DNA of 64,000 nucleotides, from assembly GCA_964016885.1 (NCBI GenBank), contig CAXHJY010000803.1, forward strand, positions 1 to 64,000, read 5' to 3'. The DNA is from Eledone cirrhosa. Taxonomy: Eukaryota. Numbering within the stretch: position 1 is the first letter of the stretch; every line of letters starts with the position of its first letter. The notes under the pieces were generated by a model that made no database searches, was not told the DNA's origin, and saw nothing but the letters and a program-made list of their open reading frames with translations. Positions 47,839 through 60,960 of the stretch are shown here, piece after piece. Both the position numbers and the translations under genes were made by a program.

Positions 47839-48146
47839 ACTTTCTTCTTCGTTTTTCCTCCCTCCTTTCTTTCTGCCCCTCCCCCTCTCTCTCTATGTAT
47901 ATAAGTAAATATATATATATGTGTATGTGTGTCTGTGTGTGTGTATGTGTGTGCATGAACGTGTGTGTGTGTGTAATTAACGGGATAATTTTTCAGACAT
48001 CTGAAGACTTTTCGATATAAGTATCAATGTGTAGAGAACAGACTGCATAGGTGTGTGTGTATACACATACATACATACATACATACATACATACATACAT
48101 TTCTTTTAGGAATATTAAGTCCTTTCTTAATATCTTGTCTGGCATA

Positions 48147-48298
<152 letters not shown>

Positions 48299-48387
48299 CA
48301 CACATATATATATATATATATATACACACACACGTGTGTGTATGTATATATATATATATCTATATATACACATACACACACACACAC

Positions 48388-48438
<51 letters not shown>

Positions 48439-48517
48439 CCTGTGGGTGGGTGTGTATTCTTACATTTGTTTCAATCATATGACTGCAACCGTGCTGCGGC
48501 ACCGCCTAGTTACACAC

Positions 48518-48594
<77 letters not shown>

Positions 48595-49141
48595 ACTATC
48601 GTATATAATAGAACAATGATGTCTAACGTATTAAACTATCCGCTCTTCATGGGTCGAGCTTTCAAACCCTCAGCACCTACTTCTTAAAGTTTCTTAAAGT
48701 CTACGTTATATCAACTCACCTTACTTTTTAGGTAAAGAAGTATTTAAAAGATGATCTCCTGAGATTCTCTGCTCCATTCCTTGTCCTCACCTGTCCATCT
48801 TCCCCTCTACTCATCCCAATTTATTCTTGCAATTCACAGGGGATCAACTACCTTCTATTCTTACGGTTTCTCCTAGTTGTTGTGATACTTCACTGGCCAG
48901 CACTTCTTCCACACATGACACCCACCACTGCTATATAAAGATATTCTAGTATCCCTTGAGTGTCTCTTTAACCAGAGATTGTGAGCAGACATGGACCTGT
49001 ATTTCCAAGGTACAGCCACTGCACGTGTCCTATCAACCTCATCAACTAGAGGAACACTATTGCATGCTCCAGACAGTCGGATATCTCAGGGAATGGTATA
49101 ACCAGTTTCAAACTGAAGCTACCCTGATATATATATATACA

Positions 49142-49182
<41 letters not shown>

Positions 49183-49849
49183 TTGTGTGTGTGTATATAT
49201 TCAGTGAAAGATAGAGAGCCATCCACTTATTGTAATCGCTTTAGGACGAATCAATTTCGTTAAGACTCACCGTTTTTCATGATATTATAAACGGTAAAAA
49301 TCGTCTTCCCCAGATTTAAAATTATATTTACCAGTTAACTCTTGATTTATTCTCAGTTTATTTCACATGAGTTGAAACCTGTGAGTAGATTCTTTACTTT
49401 GCTATTAATAAAGATCTGTGAGACTGAGAGTTAATCTTCTAAGCTGTGTGGAATTCTACGTAGGATGGTATGACATCGTTTGACCATACTCTTACATGAA
49501 GGAGACGTCAGAATAGATTATAATATATAGCACATTAATCTAACTAGACAGATCATCATGAGTTGATAACAACATCATCTCTCTCTCTCTCTCTCTCTCC
49601 GCACACACACGCACACGCACGCACGCACACGCACGCACGCACACGCACACGCACACACACACACAAAAAAAACAATAGCTCACGCTATTTACATCTTTGA
49701 TGGTATAGTAACATCTGATAAATAAATAACATTTTCGAAAAATACGTAAGTGGAAACAAAACAGTGTAATCAAATTTTTGCGGGAAAATATCTTACCTTC
49801 TCCAATAAAAAAAAAATTATGTATTTTGCGAAATCCAAAGATTTTCAAT

Positions 49850-50325
49850 AATGACCAGAAGTCGACCCTAAATATTACTAATAGCTCAAGGAAAGCCATG
49901 AACGACACCACATCTTTTTAACTTTGATTTTGAAAGTAGGTTTATAATTATCAATTTTCATCTTACTTTTGTATCTGTCTCGGCAGCCTAGTTGGAGGAA
50001 TCATAGACGGTTGTGATCCTGGTCTGAAGTTCGATCCTGGTCGGGAGTAGGGTTCCCGGTAAACCTGCTCAGTTTTTTTTTTAATGGTTGTAAAATAAAA
50101 ACTGAAAAAGGTTTCATGTACCTCTGGACCAGGATTGAACTCAAGGACAGGATCTCCACCGTCTCTAGTATCTACCGCTAGGCCACAGAGACAACTACGA
50201 AAAGCTTCTGAAAATTCATACATATAAACCTACTTTCAAAATTTTCAAGAGAAAGTGAATGTGGTGTCGTTCATGTCTTTCTTAATGTTATTGCCCCTAC
50301 TTAAAGTCGACTTCTAAATCATTTG
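49850..50325. mobile_element. Old inverted-repeat element with a tRNA-like head in each arm
   Basis: Arms 49850-50055 and 50110-50325 are diverged reverse complements (GAAGTCGAC...ATGAACGACACCACAT...TTTTGAAAGTAGGTTTATA...), each with A- and B-box-like motifs. Confidence 0.65.
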
Positions 50326-50540
50326 GGTGTTCCATAAACTACATCTTCGTTTTATTTCACATCTATCTAGACTATATTTTAACCTGTAATCCATGTATCA
50401 TTTCTGTTGCACCTCATTCCCCACCTCTCTCTCTTTCTCCCCATGATATTTGAATGTACTATGATTTGGGCTTACCTTATTCTTATACTGTATATATATG
50501 TTTTTGCATGTCAGTTAGATTCAAACTTACAATGATTAGA

Positions 50541-50588
<48 letters not shown>

Positions 50589-50591
<3 letters not shown>

Positions 50592-51058
50592 TGGTGGACT
50601 AGGTCTAAAAATATTGGTTGCCAGATGAAGAAGGCCCACCTACATATAGAATGCTTTCATTTAATTTTTATAATAAATAAATAATATTTTCAAAAAATTC
50701 ATAAGTGGAAACAAAACAATGCAATCAATTTTTTTGCGGGAGAATATCTTACCTAAGTTTTAGACTTAGTAGAATGTACAACCACTGATTCCAGCTATTT
50801 ACACTATCATATATTTTGGTTTCTAGTAATTCCCTGGGGAATTGGTTGACCAAATGCTCTGCTTAATTGTTTTATTTATTTTTTAAAAGAATGTATTCTT
50901 TCTCTTAGATTTCAGGTATTTTTTTAAAGCAAAGCATTGGTCCCTAAAATACTACAGTGGGCCCTGCAATGCTACTGTGGGCTTTTGCAATGTTACCGTG
51001 GGCCCCTTGGGACCCACTTGCCATTGGGCAAACTGGCAACCTGGCCAGTCCGCCACTG
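50589..51058. mobile_element. MITE (hAT-Tip100- or Harbinger-like termini)
   Basis: Termini CAGTGGTGGACT...AGTCCGCCACTG, GC-rich subterminal GGGCCC motifs, inserted in (TA)n; TSD not resolvable. Confidence 0.75.
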
Positions 51059-51060
51059 TG

Positions 51061-51176
<116 letters not shown>

Positions 51177-51439
51177 TATATGTGTGTGTGTGTGTGTATA
51201 TGTATGTATGTACGTATATGTGCGTGTGCCTGTGTGTGTGTATGTATGTCTATGTGATATTATCAATATTTTAAGACCCCGTGCACGTATATACATACTC
51301 GGCTATAGTTACATACATACACACATGCATACACACATGCATGCAATTCGTACATGCATTGATGCACTCCATGTAGCTTGTCACATGTCTCCATTGAACA
51401 CATAGTGCAGCACTGCAACTGCTGGCATGTTTATATGCA

Positions 51440-52200
51440 ACATGCCAACACCAACATCACTGCTACCACTAATACTATCACCATCACTAACACCACCACT
51501 ATCACCACCACAGCCATCACCACCACCACCACTACCATCACCACCACCACTACCATCACAGCCACCACAGCCATCACCACGACCACCACCACCATCACAG
51601 CCATCACCACCACCACCATCAACAACAACACCATCACAGCCATCACCACCACCACCAACGACAACACCATCACAGCCATCACCACCACCACCATCACAGC
51701 CATCACCACCACCATCACCAACAACAACAACAACACCATCAACACCAACACCATCACCATCCCCACCAACACCATCACCACTACCGTCAACACCACCACC
51801 ACCACCACCACTACCATCACAGCCATCATCACCACCGCCACCACCTCAACGACCACCACTACCATCACAGCCATCACCACCACCACTACCACCATCACCA
51901 CCACCACCACTACCACCACCATCACCACAACAACCACCACTACCACCATCACCACAACAACCACCACTACCATCACCACCACCACTACCATCACAGCCAT
52001 CACCACCACCACCACCAAAACCACCATCACCATCACCACTACCACTACCATCACAGCCACCACTACCATCACCCCCACCACCACCAACACCATCACCACC
52101 GCCAACACCACCAGCACAACCGTTGCCATGACAACAATACCCACAAAACATACTAACAACACCAACAATAGTAAAAGCACCCATTATCATTACTACAACT
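51440..52200. repeat. (CAC/CAT)n trinucleotide tract
   Basis: Direct; source of the poly-T/P/V ORFs. Confidence 0.95.
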
Positions 52201-52367
52201 CACCATTCCGTCTGTTTTGAGGGAGATTTAACTGCTATTTCTACCAATCTTAGCTAACATATAAAAGCTCCCTCTTTGTCTAGTAATCCCTCCTATATAA
52301 ATCCACCTGAATAGCCACCCGGGGTAGACGACTTGAGATTCAAATAGCAAGGTAGGTAAGTTTAGAG

Positions 52368-52785
52368 ACAGGTATACAGGTATATATGTATACAGGTATA
52401 CAGGTGTACAGGTTTACAGGTGTACAGGTATATATGTATACAGGTGTACAGGTGTACAGGTGTACAGATGTACAGGTATATAGATATACAGGTGTATAGG
52501 TATACAGGTATACAGGTATATATGTATACAGGTATACAGGTGTACAGGTGTACAGGTGTACAGATATACAGGTGTACAGGTGTACAGGTTTACAGGTGTA
52601 CAGGTATATATGTATACAGGTATACAGGTGTACAGGTGTACAGGTGTACAGGTATATATGTGTACAGGTATATAGGTGGACAGGTGTACAGATGTACAGG
52701 TATATAGATATACAGGTGTATAGGTATACAGGTATACAGGTATACAGGTGTATAGATACACAGGTTTACAGGTATACAGGTAGAT
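52368..52785. repeat. 8-bp-based satellite CAGGT(G/A)TA
   Basis: Direct. Confidence 0.93.
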
Positions 52786-52841
52786 ATATAACTAACTACT
52801 TAGCAAATCTAATATATGTACTGTATATATATATACTATAT

Positions 52842-53238
52842 CTTGGTTGTCCATCGTGAACGATGATGACATCTTCGTTAATTTAGTTCCCGTCTGCCGT
52901 GGGCACGAAGGTGGCATCGCCGCAGGGCTTTGGGAGTGCACGCTAAAGAAGAAACCTGTCCGGGTCCAACTTCGTATGCAGAGGCAGGCATCCTCTATCT
53001 AACTCACCGGGGGGGGGGGGGGTTCATACCCGTCCGGCTACCCTCAACCTGGTTCGTCGGCCCGCCAGCCAAGACAGTTTACCAGGGTGTGGCCGCTGTC
53101 GCATGTTACAGCTTCTTGGGGCCACAGGTGAGAGCTGAGTGTCAGGTGGGGCCTAATGCAGGACGAGCTGTCCTGAAAAGGGCATGGCTAGCCCCCCCCC
53201 CCCCCATACAGAGGTACATTCCCCTCCCTGGCACCCTA
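52842..53238 (-). mobile_element. Short RTE-derived element (5' UTR-like segment joined to a 3' tail)
   Basis: GC-rich island; minus strand CACTCAGCTCTCACCTGTGGC...GACAGCGGCCACACC...GAGGGTAGCCG resembles RTE 5' UTRs as recalled; ends in the stem-loop CATCGTTCACGATG and GACAACCAAGA. Confidence 0.6.
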
Positions 53239-54205
53239 GGCATATACACACATATATACATACACATACATATGTACATGTGTATATACATACTTACACA
53301 TTTTTGGATGGCCGTTGACTCTTATGAGTTCTTCAGCCCTTTGTCAGGTTTTGTTTTTTGTCCTGCAGGATGTCCAATATCCCCTCCTCACCAAGTGGGG
53401 TTGCTGGTTTAGTCGCCGACGACCCGACAGGTTGTATTGGGTCACTCAAGAGTGACCTAACATAACTATATATACACACGATATATAACCACATATGAGT
53501 AAATGTGTGTAAACTATTAGTACTACTACTACTACTACTATTACTACTACATTTTCTTTTATAAGTAGTAGCATCACCACCACCACCACTACCACCACCA
53601 ACACCACTACTATTACTACTACTACCACCAACACCAACACCACCATCACCACCACCACCACTACCACCACTACCACTACCACTACCACCACTACTATTAC
53701 CACCACCACCACCACCACCACCACTACCACCACCTCCACCACCACTACTATTACCACCACCACCTCCACCATCACCATTACTATTACCACCATCACCATT
53801 ACTATTACCACCACCACCTCCACCACCACCATCACCATTACTATTACCACCACCACCACTACTATTACTTCCACCACTACCATCACCACCACCACCACCG
53901 CCATCACCCCCCCCCCCCACCACCACCACCGCCACTACCACCACCCCCGCCGCCACCACCACTGCTACTGTATTGGCGTCTACTGCAACAATGCAGTTAA
54001 TGTCCTTCAGTACACTGTACTAAGAGAGATGCACACCTATGCAGTTCGATTGTGCATCTTCTGCTGACATATCTCTTCATCTCACAACAGAAACATGTGA
54101 TCTCTCCAAATGCTGCAGTAATGCATTTGCTCTAATATACTGCAGTCTTGCATTTCTCTCTCAAAGTTGAGTATGTGTACACTCTCATACATATATACAT
54201 TCATT

Positions 54206-54272
<67 letters not shown>

Positions 54273-54403
54273 ACACATTATGTAATATATATTCATATAT
54301 ATATATATATATATATATTCATATATATATTCATATGAATATATATATATATATTATGAAATACTGTTGGCTTCTTGCTACACTAATTTCTATACTTTTC
54401 ATT

Positions 54404-54405
<2 letters not shown>

Positions 54406-54458
<53 letters not shown>

Positions 54459-54510
54459 GTATATATATATGTATATATATATGTATATATATATGTATAT
54501 ATATATGTAT

Positions 54511-54542
<32 letters not shown>

Positions 54543-54703
54543 GTATATATATATGTATATATATATGTATATATATGTATATATATGTATATATATATGT
54601 GTATATATATATGTATATATATATATGTATATATATATATATGTATATATGTATATATATATATATGTATATATGTATATATATGTATATATATATGTAT
54701 ATA

Positions 54704-54777
<74 letters not shown>

Positions 54778-54886
54778 TATGTACATATATATATACATAT
54801 ATATATACATATATATATACATATATATATACATATATATATACATATATATATACATATATATATACATATATATATATATATAC

Positions 54887-54917
<31 letters not shown>

Positions 54918-55059
54918 AATGAAAAGTATAGAAATTAGTGTAGCAAGAAGCCAACAGTATTTCATAATATATATATATATATATTCATATGAATATATAT
55001 ATGAATATATATATATATATATATATATGAATATATATTACATAATGTGTGTGTCTCTC

Positions 55060-55093
<34 letters not shown>

Positions 55094-55236
55094 AATGAAT
55101 GTATATATATATACAATATATAGAGGGGAAAGACACAGAAGAGTGTGTTTTTTTTACAGGAATTTCATTCGTATGAAAGAATCATATATATATATATATG
55201 TATATGTATATATGTATATATGTATATATATATATG

Positions 55237-55267
<31 letters not shown>

Positions 55268-56005
55268 GTGTATATATATATGTGTATATATATATGTGTA
55301 TATATATATGTGTATATATATATGTGTATATATATGTGTATATATATATGTGTATATATATATATATATATATGTGTATATATATATATATATATGTGTA
55401 CATATATATATGTATATATATATATGTGTACATATATATATATGTACATATATATATGTACATATATATATATATATATATGTACATATATATATATATA
55501 TATATATGTACATATATATATATATGTATATATATATGTATATATATATGTATATATATATATGTATATATATATGTATATATATATGTATATATATATG
55601 TATATATATATGTATATATATATGTATATATATATGTACATATATATGTATATATATATGTATATATATATGTATATATATATGTACATATATATGTATA
55701 TATATATGTATATATATATGTATATATATATATGTATATATATATGTATATATATATATGTATATATATATGTACATATATATGTATATATATATGTATA
55801 TATATATGTATATATATATGTACATATATATGTATATATATATGTACATATATATGTATATATATATGTACATATATATGTATATATATATGTACATATA
55901 TATATATATATATGTACATATATATATATATATATGTACATATATATATATGTACATATATATATATATATATGTACATATATATATATATATATATATA
56001 TGTAC

Positions 56006-56036
<31 letters not shown>

Positions 56037-56059
56037 TATATATATATATATATGTACAC

Positions 56060-56122
<63 letters not shown>

Positions 56123-56149
56123 TATATATACACATATATATATATGTAC

Positions 56150-56184
<35 letters not shown>

Positions 56185-56185
56185 T
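54406..56185. repeat. Two (TA)n arrays, each bracketed by inverted repeats
   Basis: Direct; see findings. Confidence 0.9.
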
Positions 56186-56243
56186 GATTCTTTCATACGA
56201 ATGAAACAGTTCTAGTCCTGTATAAACTATTTCTATATTAAAT

Positions 56244-56418
56244 AATTATTTCTATTGTTGGCACAAGGCCAGCAATTACTCCAGTGTATCACTGGTACTT
56301 TATTTTGTCAACCCCGTAAGGATGAAAGGCAAAGTTAACCTCAGTACTGTAAAGGGGCGTAACTCTATGTTGCAAAGCATGGCGTCCGACTATCTACCGA
56401 TACTGCCAATCCAGCGCC
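56244..56418 (-). mobile_element. Family A SINE lacking the B-box segment
   Basis: Reverse-complement core and head. Confidence 0.85.
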
Positions 56419-56444
56419 CTGGGGGGGGGGGGAGAAGTATATGT

Positions 56445-56930
56445 TGTTGCTGGTGGTGGTGATGTAGTTGTTGGTGGTGGTGTAGTTGTTGTTGGTGGTG
56501 TGGTTGTAGTTGTTGTTGTTGGTGGTGATGTAGTAGTTGTTGGTGGTGGTGGTGTAGTTGTTGTTGTTGTTGGTGGTGGTGTGGTTGTTGTTGGTGGTGG
56601 TGGTGTGGTTGTAGTTGTTGTTGTTGGTGGTGATGTAGTTGTTGTTGTTGGTGGTGTAGTTGTTGTTGTTGGTGGTGTAGTTGTTGGTGGTGGTGGTGTG
56701 GTTGTTGTTGGTGGTGGTGATGTAGTAGTTGGTGGTGGTGTTGGTGGTGGTGGTGTTGTTGTTGTTGTTGTTGGTGGTGGTGTGGTTGTTGTTGGTGGTG
56801 TGGTTGTAGTTGTTGTTGGTGGTGATGTAGTTGTTGTTGTTGGTGGTGTAGTTGTTGTTGTTGGTGGTGTAGTTGTTGTTGTTGGTGGTGGTGTGGTTGT
56901 AGTTGTTGTTATTGTTGTTATTGTTGTTCT
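56445..56930. repeat. (GTT/GGT)n tract
   Basis: Direct. Confidence 0.95.
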
Positions 56931-58401
56931 GTAGCCAATAGCAACCTGATTGAGTGGATCTCTAAGGCAAAACACTGAAGCCATGACAATCTCGTGTTTT
57001 ATGTTCAGGGAGAATAAATCTAGAGTCGTCTCATTTAATGTCTTCTTCCTTTTAAAAACATTAAGTGAGGTTTCAGTCATATTTCGCTGTTATTTCCTCT
57101 AGTTTCGACCTCCTAGAGAAATTCCCCGCTGCTTCCAATAATTAGCAGTCATTTATCAAACTCCATTTAATTCCACACATCTCACATGTCCTCAAGTCAA
57201 TATTGATCATTAGAACTATAATTTCTTCTATAGTTTCTGTTGCATCACCAGACACACATGTTTCTCAGCTATTTACATCATTGTGTGTTCTTTTTGCGGG
57301 GTCCATGTATAGAATCCCCTTGTTAATATTCTCACTCAACTTGAGATGAAGTGTTTTGCTCAAGAACACAACACGCAACACAGCCCAGGAATCGAACCCA
57401 CGACATTATGATCGTAAGTCCAACACCCTTACCACGTGCCTCAGCTACGGAGGTTCTAAATAAAGCTCAGCCTGGGTGTTTTAGAGAAATAAAAATATGG
57501 TCATTTGAACATTCATCAACTCAATTAAGATTACTTGGGGGGCAAACAACAATACAATTCAATTTTGGTAACTCACATTTGGAAAGCCCTTCGCTTATGG
57601 ATAAAATTTCCCCCAGTAATCTAAAAGGAAACTATCTTCAGACGGAATCTCAACTGAAACTATTTGAAGATAAAACGTTGGAGCGTTAATACGAAAACAA
57701 TTATATAAATTACATATGAATGTATAAGATTAAATCCACATTTGTCTCAGTACATCTGCACCTACAGTGTGTTCCTGGTAATAGACTCTTCGCCTCCCCT
57801 GAACTAGATACACGCTTGGTCAAAACGACATAAGAAATAATAGAAATAAAATATTAAAAATCCTGAAATGGAATTCTGGTAATTGCAAAAGTTATGCTTA
57901 CCATTTGTATCATTAAATAAGATATTGAATTCTTTAGTTATTAAAACAAAAGGTTAATTAGTATTAATTAGTGTTAATAAGAATTAATTGTTATGTACTC
58001 GGCTGGCAAATGAATAAGCCATCTGGATTTCTGTTTGTGCTTCACTCTGCTAGTTTTTGTCTTTCTAAGTTTCGGGACCAACATAGATCTGTGTAGCCAA
58101 AAGCTACAATTATATAACGAAAAGTTAATGAATAAACTTCTCTGAATAACTGGATCTGCTAAAAATAGCAACCAAATGTTTATGGCCTCAGAAGAATGTC
58201 TAATAAAAGATCATTGGATAACTTAGTTCTAAACACACTTGTGTTGAAAACATAGAGTATAGATTTGTGTTCACCACTAGAAGACATTAAAATAAAAGTT
58301 TCTTTGATAGATAAGGATAGATCCTAGGGCTAAAAAGTAACCGCAACTATTATCACATTATTTTCAAAATAGTTCCGAAATAAAGGTTGTATTTACAAGA
58401 G

Positions 58402-58447
<46 letters not shown>

Positions 58448-58475
58448 ACGCACACAAACCTATATATATATATAA

Positions 58476-58919
58476 TTGGAGGAATTTCTTCAGAGTTGCT
58501 GTGGAATCTGTGCTTATTTATGGCTCTATCACTTGGACGCTAACGTCGAAACTGGAGAAAAAGCTAGATGGGGCATACACACGTATGCTCCGTGCTGCTT
58601 TAAACGTGTCTTGGAGGGAACACCCAACAAATAAGGACCTCTATGGCAATATACCACCTATCAGCAGATCAATACGTGGACAGAGACTCAGACTTGCTGG
58701 CCACTGTTGGCGCAGCAAGGAAGAAATAGCAGGTGATGTGTTGTTATGGAGTCCATCTCATGGAGCAAGAAACGCTGGTCGTCCCAAGAAGACATACGTC
58801 AAGCAACTTGAGGACGATACTGGATACACTGCGGAAGAACTGGAAAACGCTGTGAGAGACAGAGATGGATGGAGGAAACGTGTCGTAGAAAGCCGAGCAA
58901 GCTCGACATGATGATGATG
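58476..58919 (+). mobile_element. 5'-truncated RTE-clade LINE: ORF C-terminus with (TGA)n tail
   Basis: Open frame FFRVAVESVLIYGSITWTL...RMLRAALNVSW...RLRLAGHCWR...GRPKKTY...DRDGWR; stop at 58911 runs into TGATGATGATG. Confidence 0.9.
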
Positions 58920-59052
58920 TAAAATCGAATCTCTGGCGGTGTGTAAGCAAATTCGACCTACGATATGAATGAGTTAGCAAAGCACTCAACAAGGTAGGTC
59001 CTTAGAGTAAACATACGTTTAAATAGCTTGACAAATTGAACACACAATACCA

Positions 59053-59101
<49 letters not shown>

Positions 59102-59617
59102 ATGTGCGTGAATGTGGAAATACATTAAGATTATTCTTGAAAACTTAGGACGGGTTTGAATCCTAAAGGTGAAAGGAACCAAATATCACAAATCCAGTAT
59201 ATATTATATATATATATATATATACACACGGATGCATATCAGTGCACGTGCGTGTATATATCTGATGTGTGTATGTGTGTGTATGCGTATGCATGTATTA
59301 AGAGAGAAAGCAACAGGATGTTGGCGGTGTCGTGTTGAGTCAGATACAAAGGATGTGTAAATGAATTCTACAGCCTCATCAACAAACACGACACCACTGA
59401 GAGTCACGTGGTTTCGGAGAGGGGATTAGTCACGTGCCTGTCATGATCACCGTTCCTTTGTAAGTCAATACCGCCACGCGAATACTAATCTTCCGAATTG
59501 TCAAAACCCTGCACTAAAAATACATACTTACATACATGTTCGTATACACACACACACACATATATAGTGAGAGAGAGAGACAGACGTGAATTTGTATATA
59601 TACATTATATATATATA

Positions 59618-59646
<29 letters not shown>

Positions 59647-59649
<3 letters not shown>

Positions 59650-59864
59650 GGAACAAGTAGGACCCCGACGGCTGAGCTCAAGCCGTTTCGACGGCTAATT
59701 CTGGACTAAATCACCAAATCACTATTTAGTCCAGAATTAGCCGTCGAAACGGCTTGAGCTCAGCTGTCGGGGTCCTACTTGTTCCTATTACCCACTCTAC
59801 TACCCTAAGTATTGAGTACTTTGGTGCGTTATGGTCCATCTGGTTCCTTACCACAATTCCTTTG

Positions 59865-59866
<2 letters not shown>
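59647..59866 (+). mobile_element. Family C element with ~64-bp near-perfect inverted arms, in (TA)n
   Basis: ATAGGAACAAG...CTGGACTAAAT / ATTTAGTCCAG...CTTGTTCCTAT, one mismatch, 12-nt loop. Confidence 0.88.
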
Positions 59867-59900
<34 letters not shown>

Positions 59901-60149
59901 TATTCGGGATCTTTATATATATACCACAATTACCAACATCACCAACACCATCACCAACACCTCAACCACCACATCACCACCACCATCACCAACACCACCA
60001 CAACCAACACCGCAACCACCGCCATCACCACAACCATCACCACCACCACCACCACCACAACCACCACCAACAACACCACCACCACCACCACTAACACCAC
60101 CAACACTACCACCAACACCACTACTACTGTTAATAAACATTTAAACAAA

Positions 60150-60298
60150 CGGCGCCATCTTTACGACAGCCACCAATTCTATTTCCGGTGGCAAGGTTGT
60201 CAGTCACGTGTTGTCTCCTTTATCTCCCAACCACTCGTCTGTCTTCTCTCTATATAAAGGTTGGTAGATCTGTTTATATATGTAATCAACAGGTAATG
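60150..60298 (+). promoter_or_regulatory. Candidate Pol II promoter and short first exon
   Basis: YY1-like CGCCATCTT (60153-61), CCAAT (60173-77), ETS-like TTCCGG (60183-88), GTCACGTG (60203-10), TATATAAAG (60251-59), donor-like CAG|GTAATG at 60293. Confidence 0.45.
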
Positions 60299-60344
60299 CG
60301 GCCTCTTGCAGTTAGAGCAGGTGTTGTTGGTTGTGGTGTTATTA

Positions 60345-60512
60345 AGGTAGCGAATTGGCAGAGTCGTTAGAACGTCGGACAGAATTCTTTGCGGCATTCG
60401 TTCCGGCTCACTGCTCTCTCTCAGTTCAAATCCTACCGAGGTTAACGGGTTAACTTGGCTTTTCATCCATTCAAGATCGATAAAAAATTACCAGTCTAGT
60501 ACTGGGGTCGAT
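60345..60512 (+). mobile_element. Older family A SINE
   Basis: Head, B box and core. Confidence 0.82.
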
Positions 60513-60744
60513 TCTGCCTCAATATCTCTTTCTCGCTTATTTTCTCTTACTCTCCATTTTTGTCTGAAAGAAATCTGTTGTATTCAGACTTGGAGAAGAG
60601 CTGGGCTCCGACAGGTTATAAATGCCCAACAAATGCCGTATCTTACTACGGTTCCCCTATCATTCCATCAGGAGTTACCATTTAGAAAAGAAACAAAGAA
60701 AACCCTGTTGTTATTTCTGTTGTAATTTAGTTCCAGTAGACCCA

Positions 60745-60960
60745 GCACGGCCGACTGGTTAAGAAGTTTGCTTCGCATTCATTAACTCTCTGGTTCAATC
60801 CCTCTAAGTGACGTCTCGGGTAAGAGTCCTTCATCAGAACGCCGAGTTAACCCTGTGACTCGTGAGAGAAATTGCTTAGACGGACATTGTTTTTGAAGTC
60901 TATCAGATGGAGTGTAGCTGAGAATTAACAAGACAGACCTGTCATACATGGCGTCACCTT
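60745..60960 (+). mobile_element. Degenerate tRNA-derived SINE, third family
   Basis: GGCCGACTGGTTAAGAAGTTTGCTTC...GGTTCAATCCC...TAGACGGA pattern. Confidence 0.55.

Noticed and set aside
48592-49130. Possible solo LTR (TGTAA start, TATATAAAG)
   Set aside because: No matching CA terminus, TSD or second copy visible.
51378-52220. Mucin-like Thr-rich and extensin-like Pro-rich ORFs (also 37703-38098, 56394-57080)
   Set aside because: Trinucleotide repeat tracts open in multiple frames, with no domain, signal peptide or splice context.
59322-59400. 11-bp inverted repeat GGTGTCGTGTT/AACACGACACC as a pre-miRNA
   Set aside because: Inner stem has too many large bulges.
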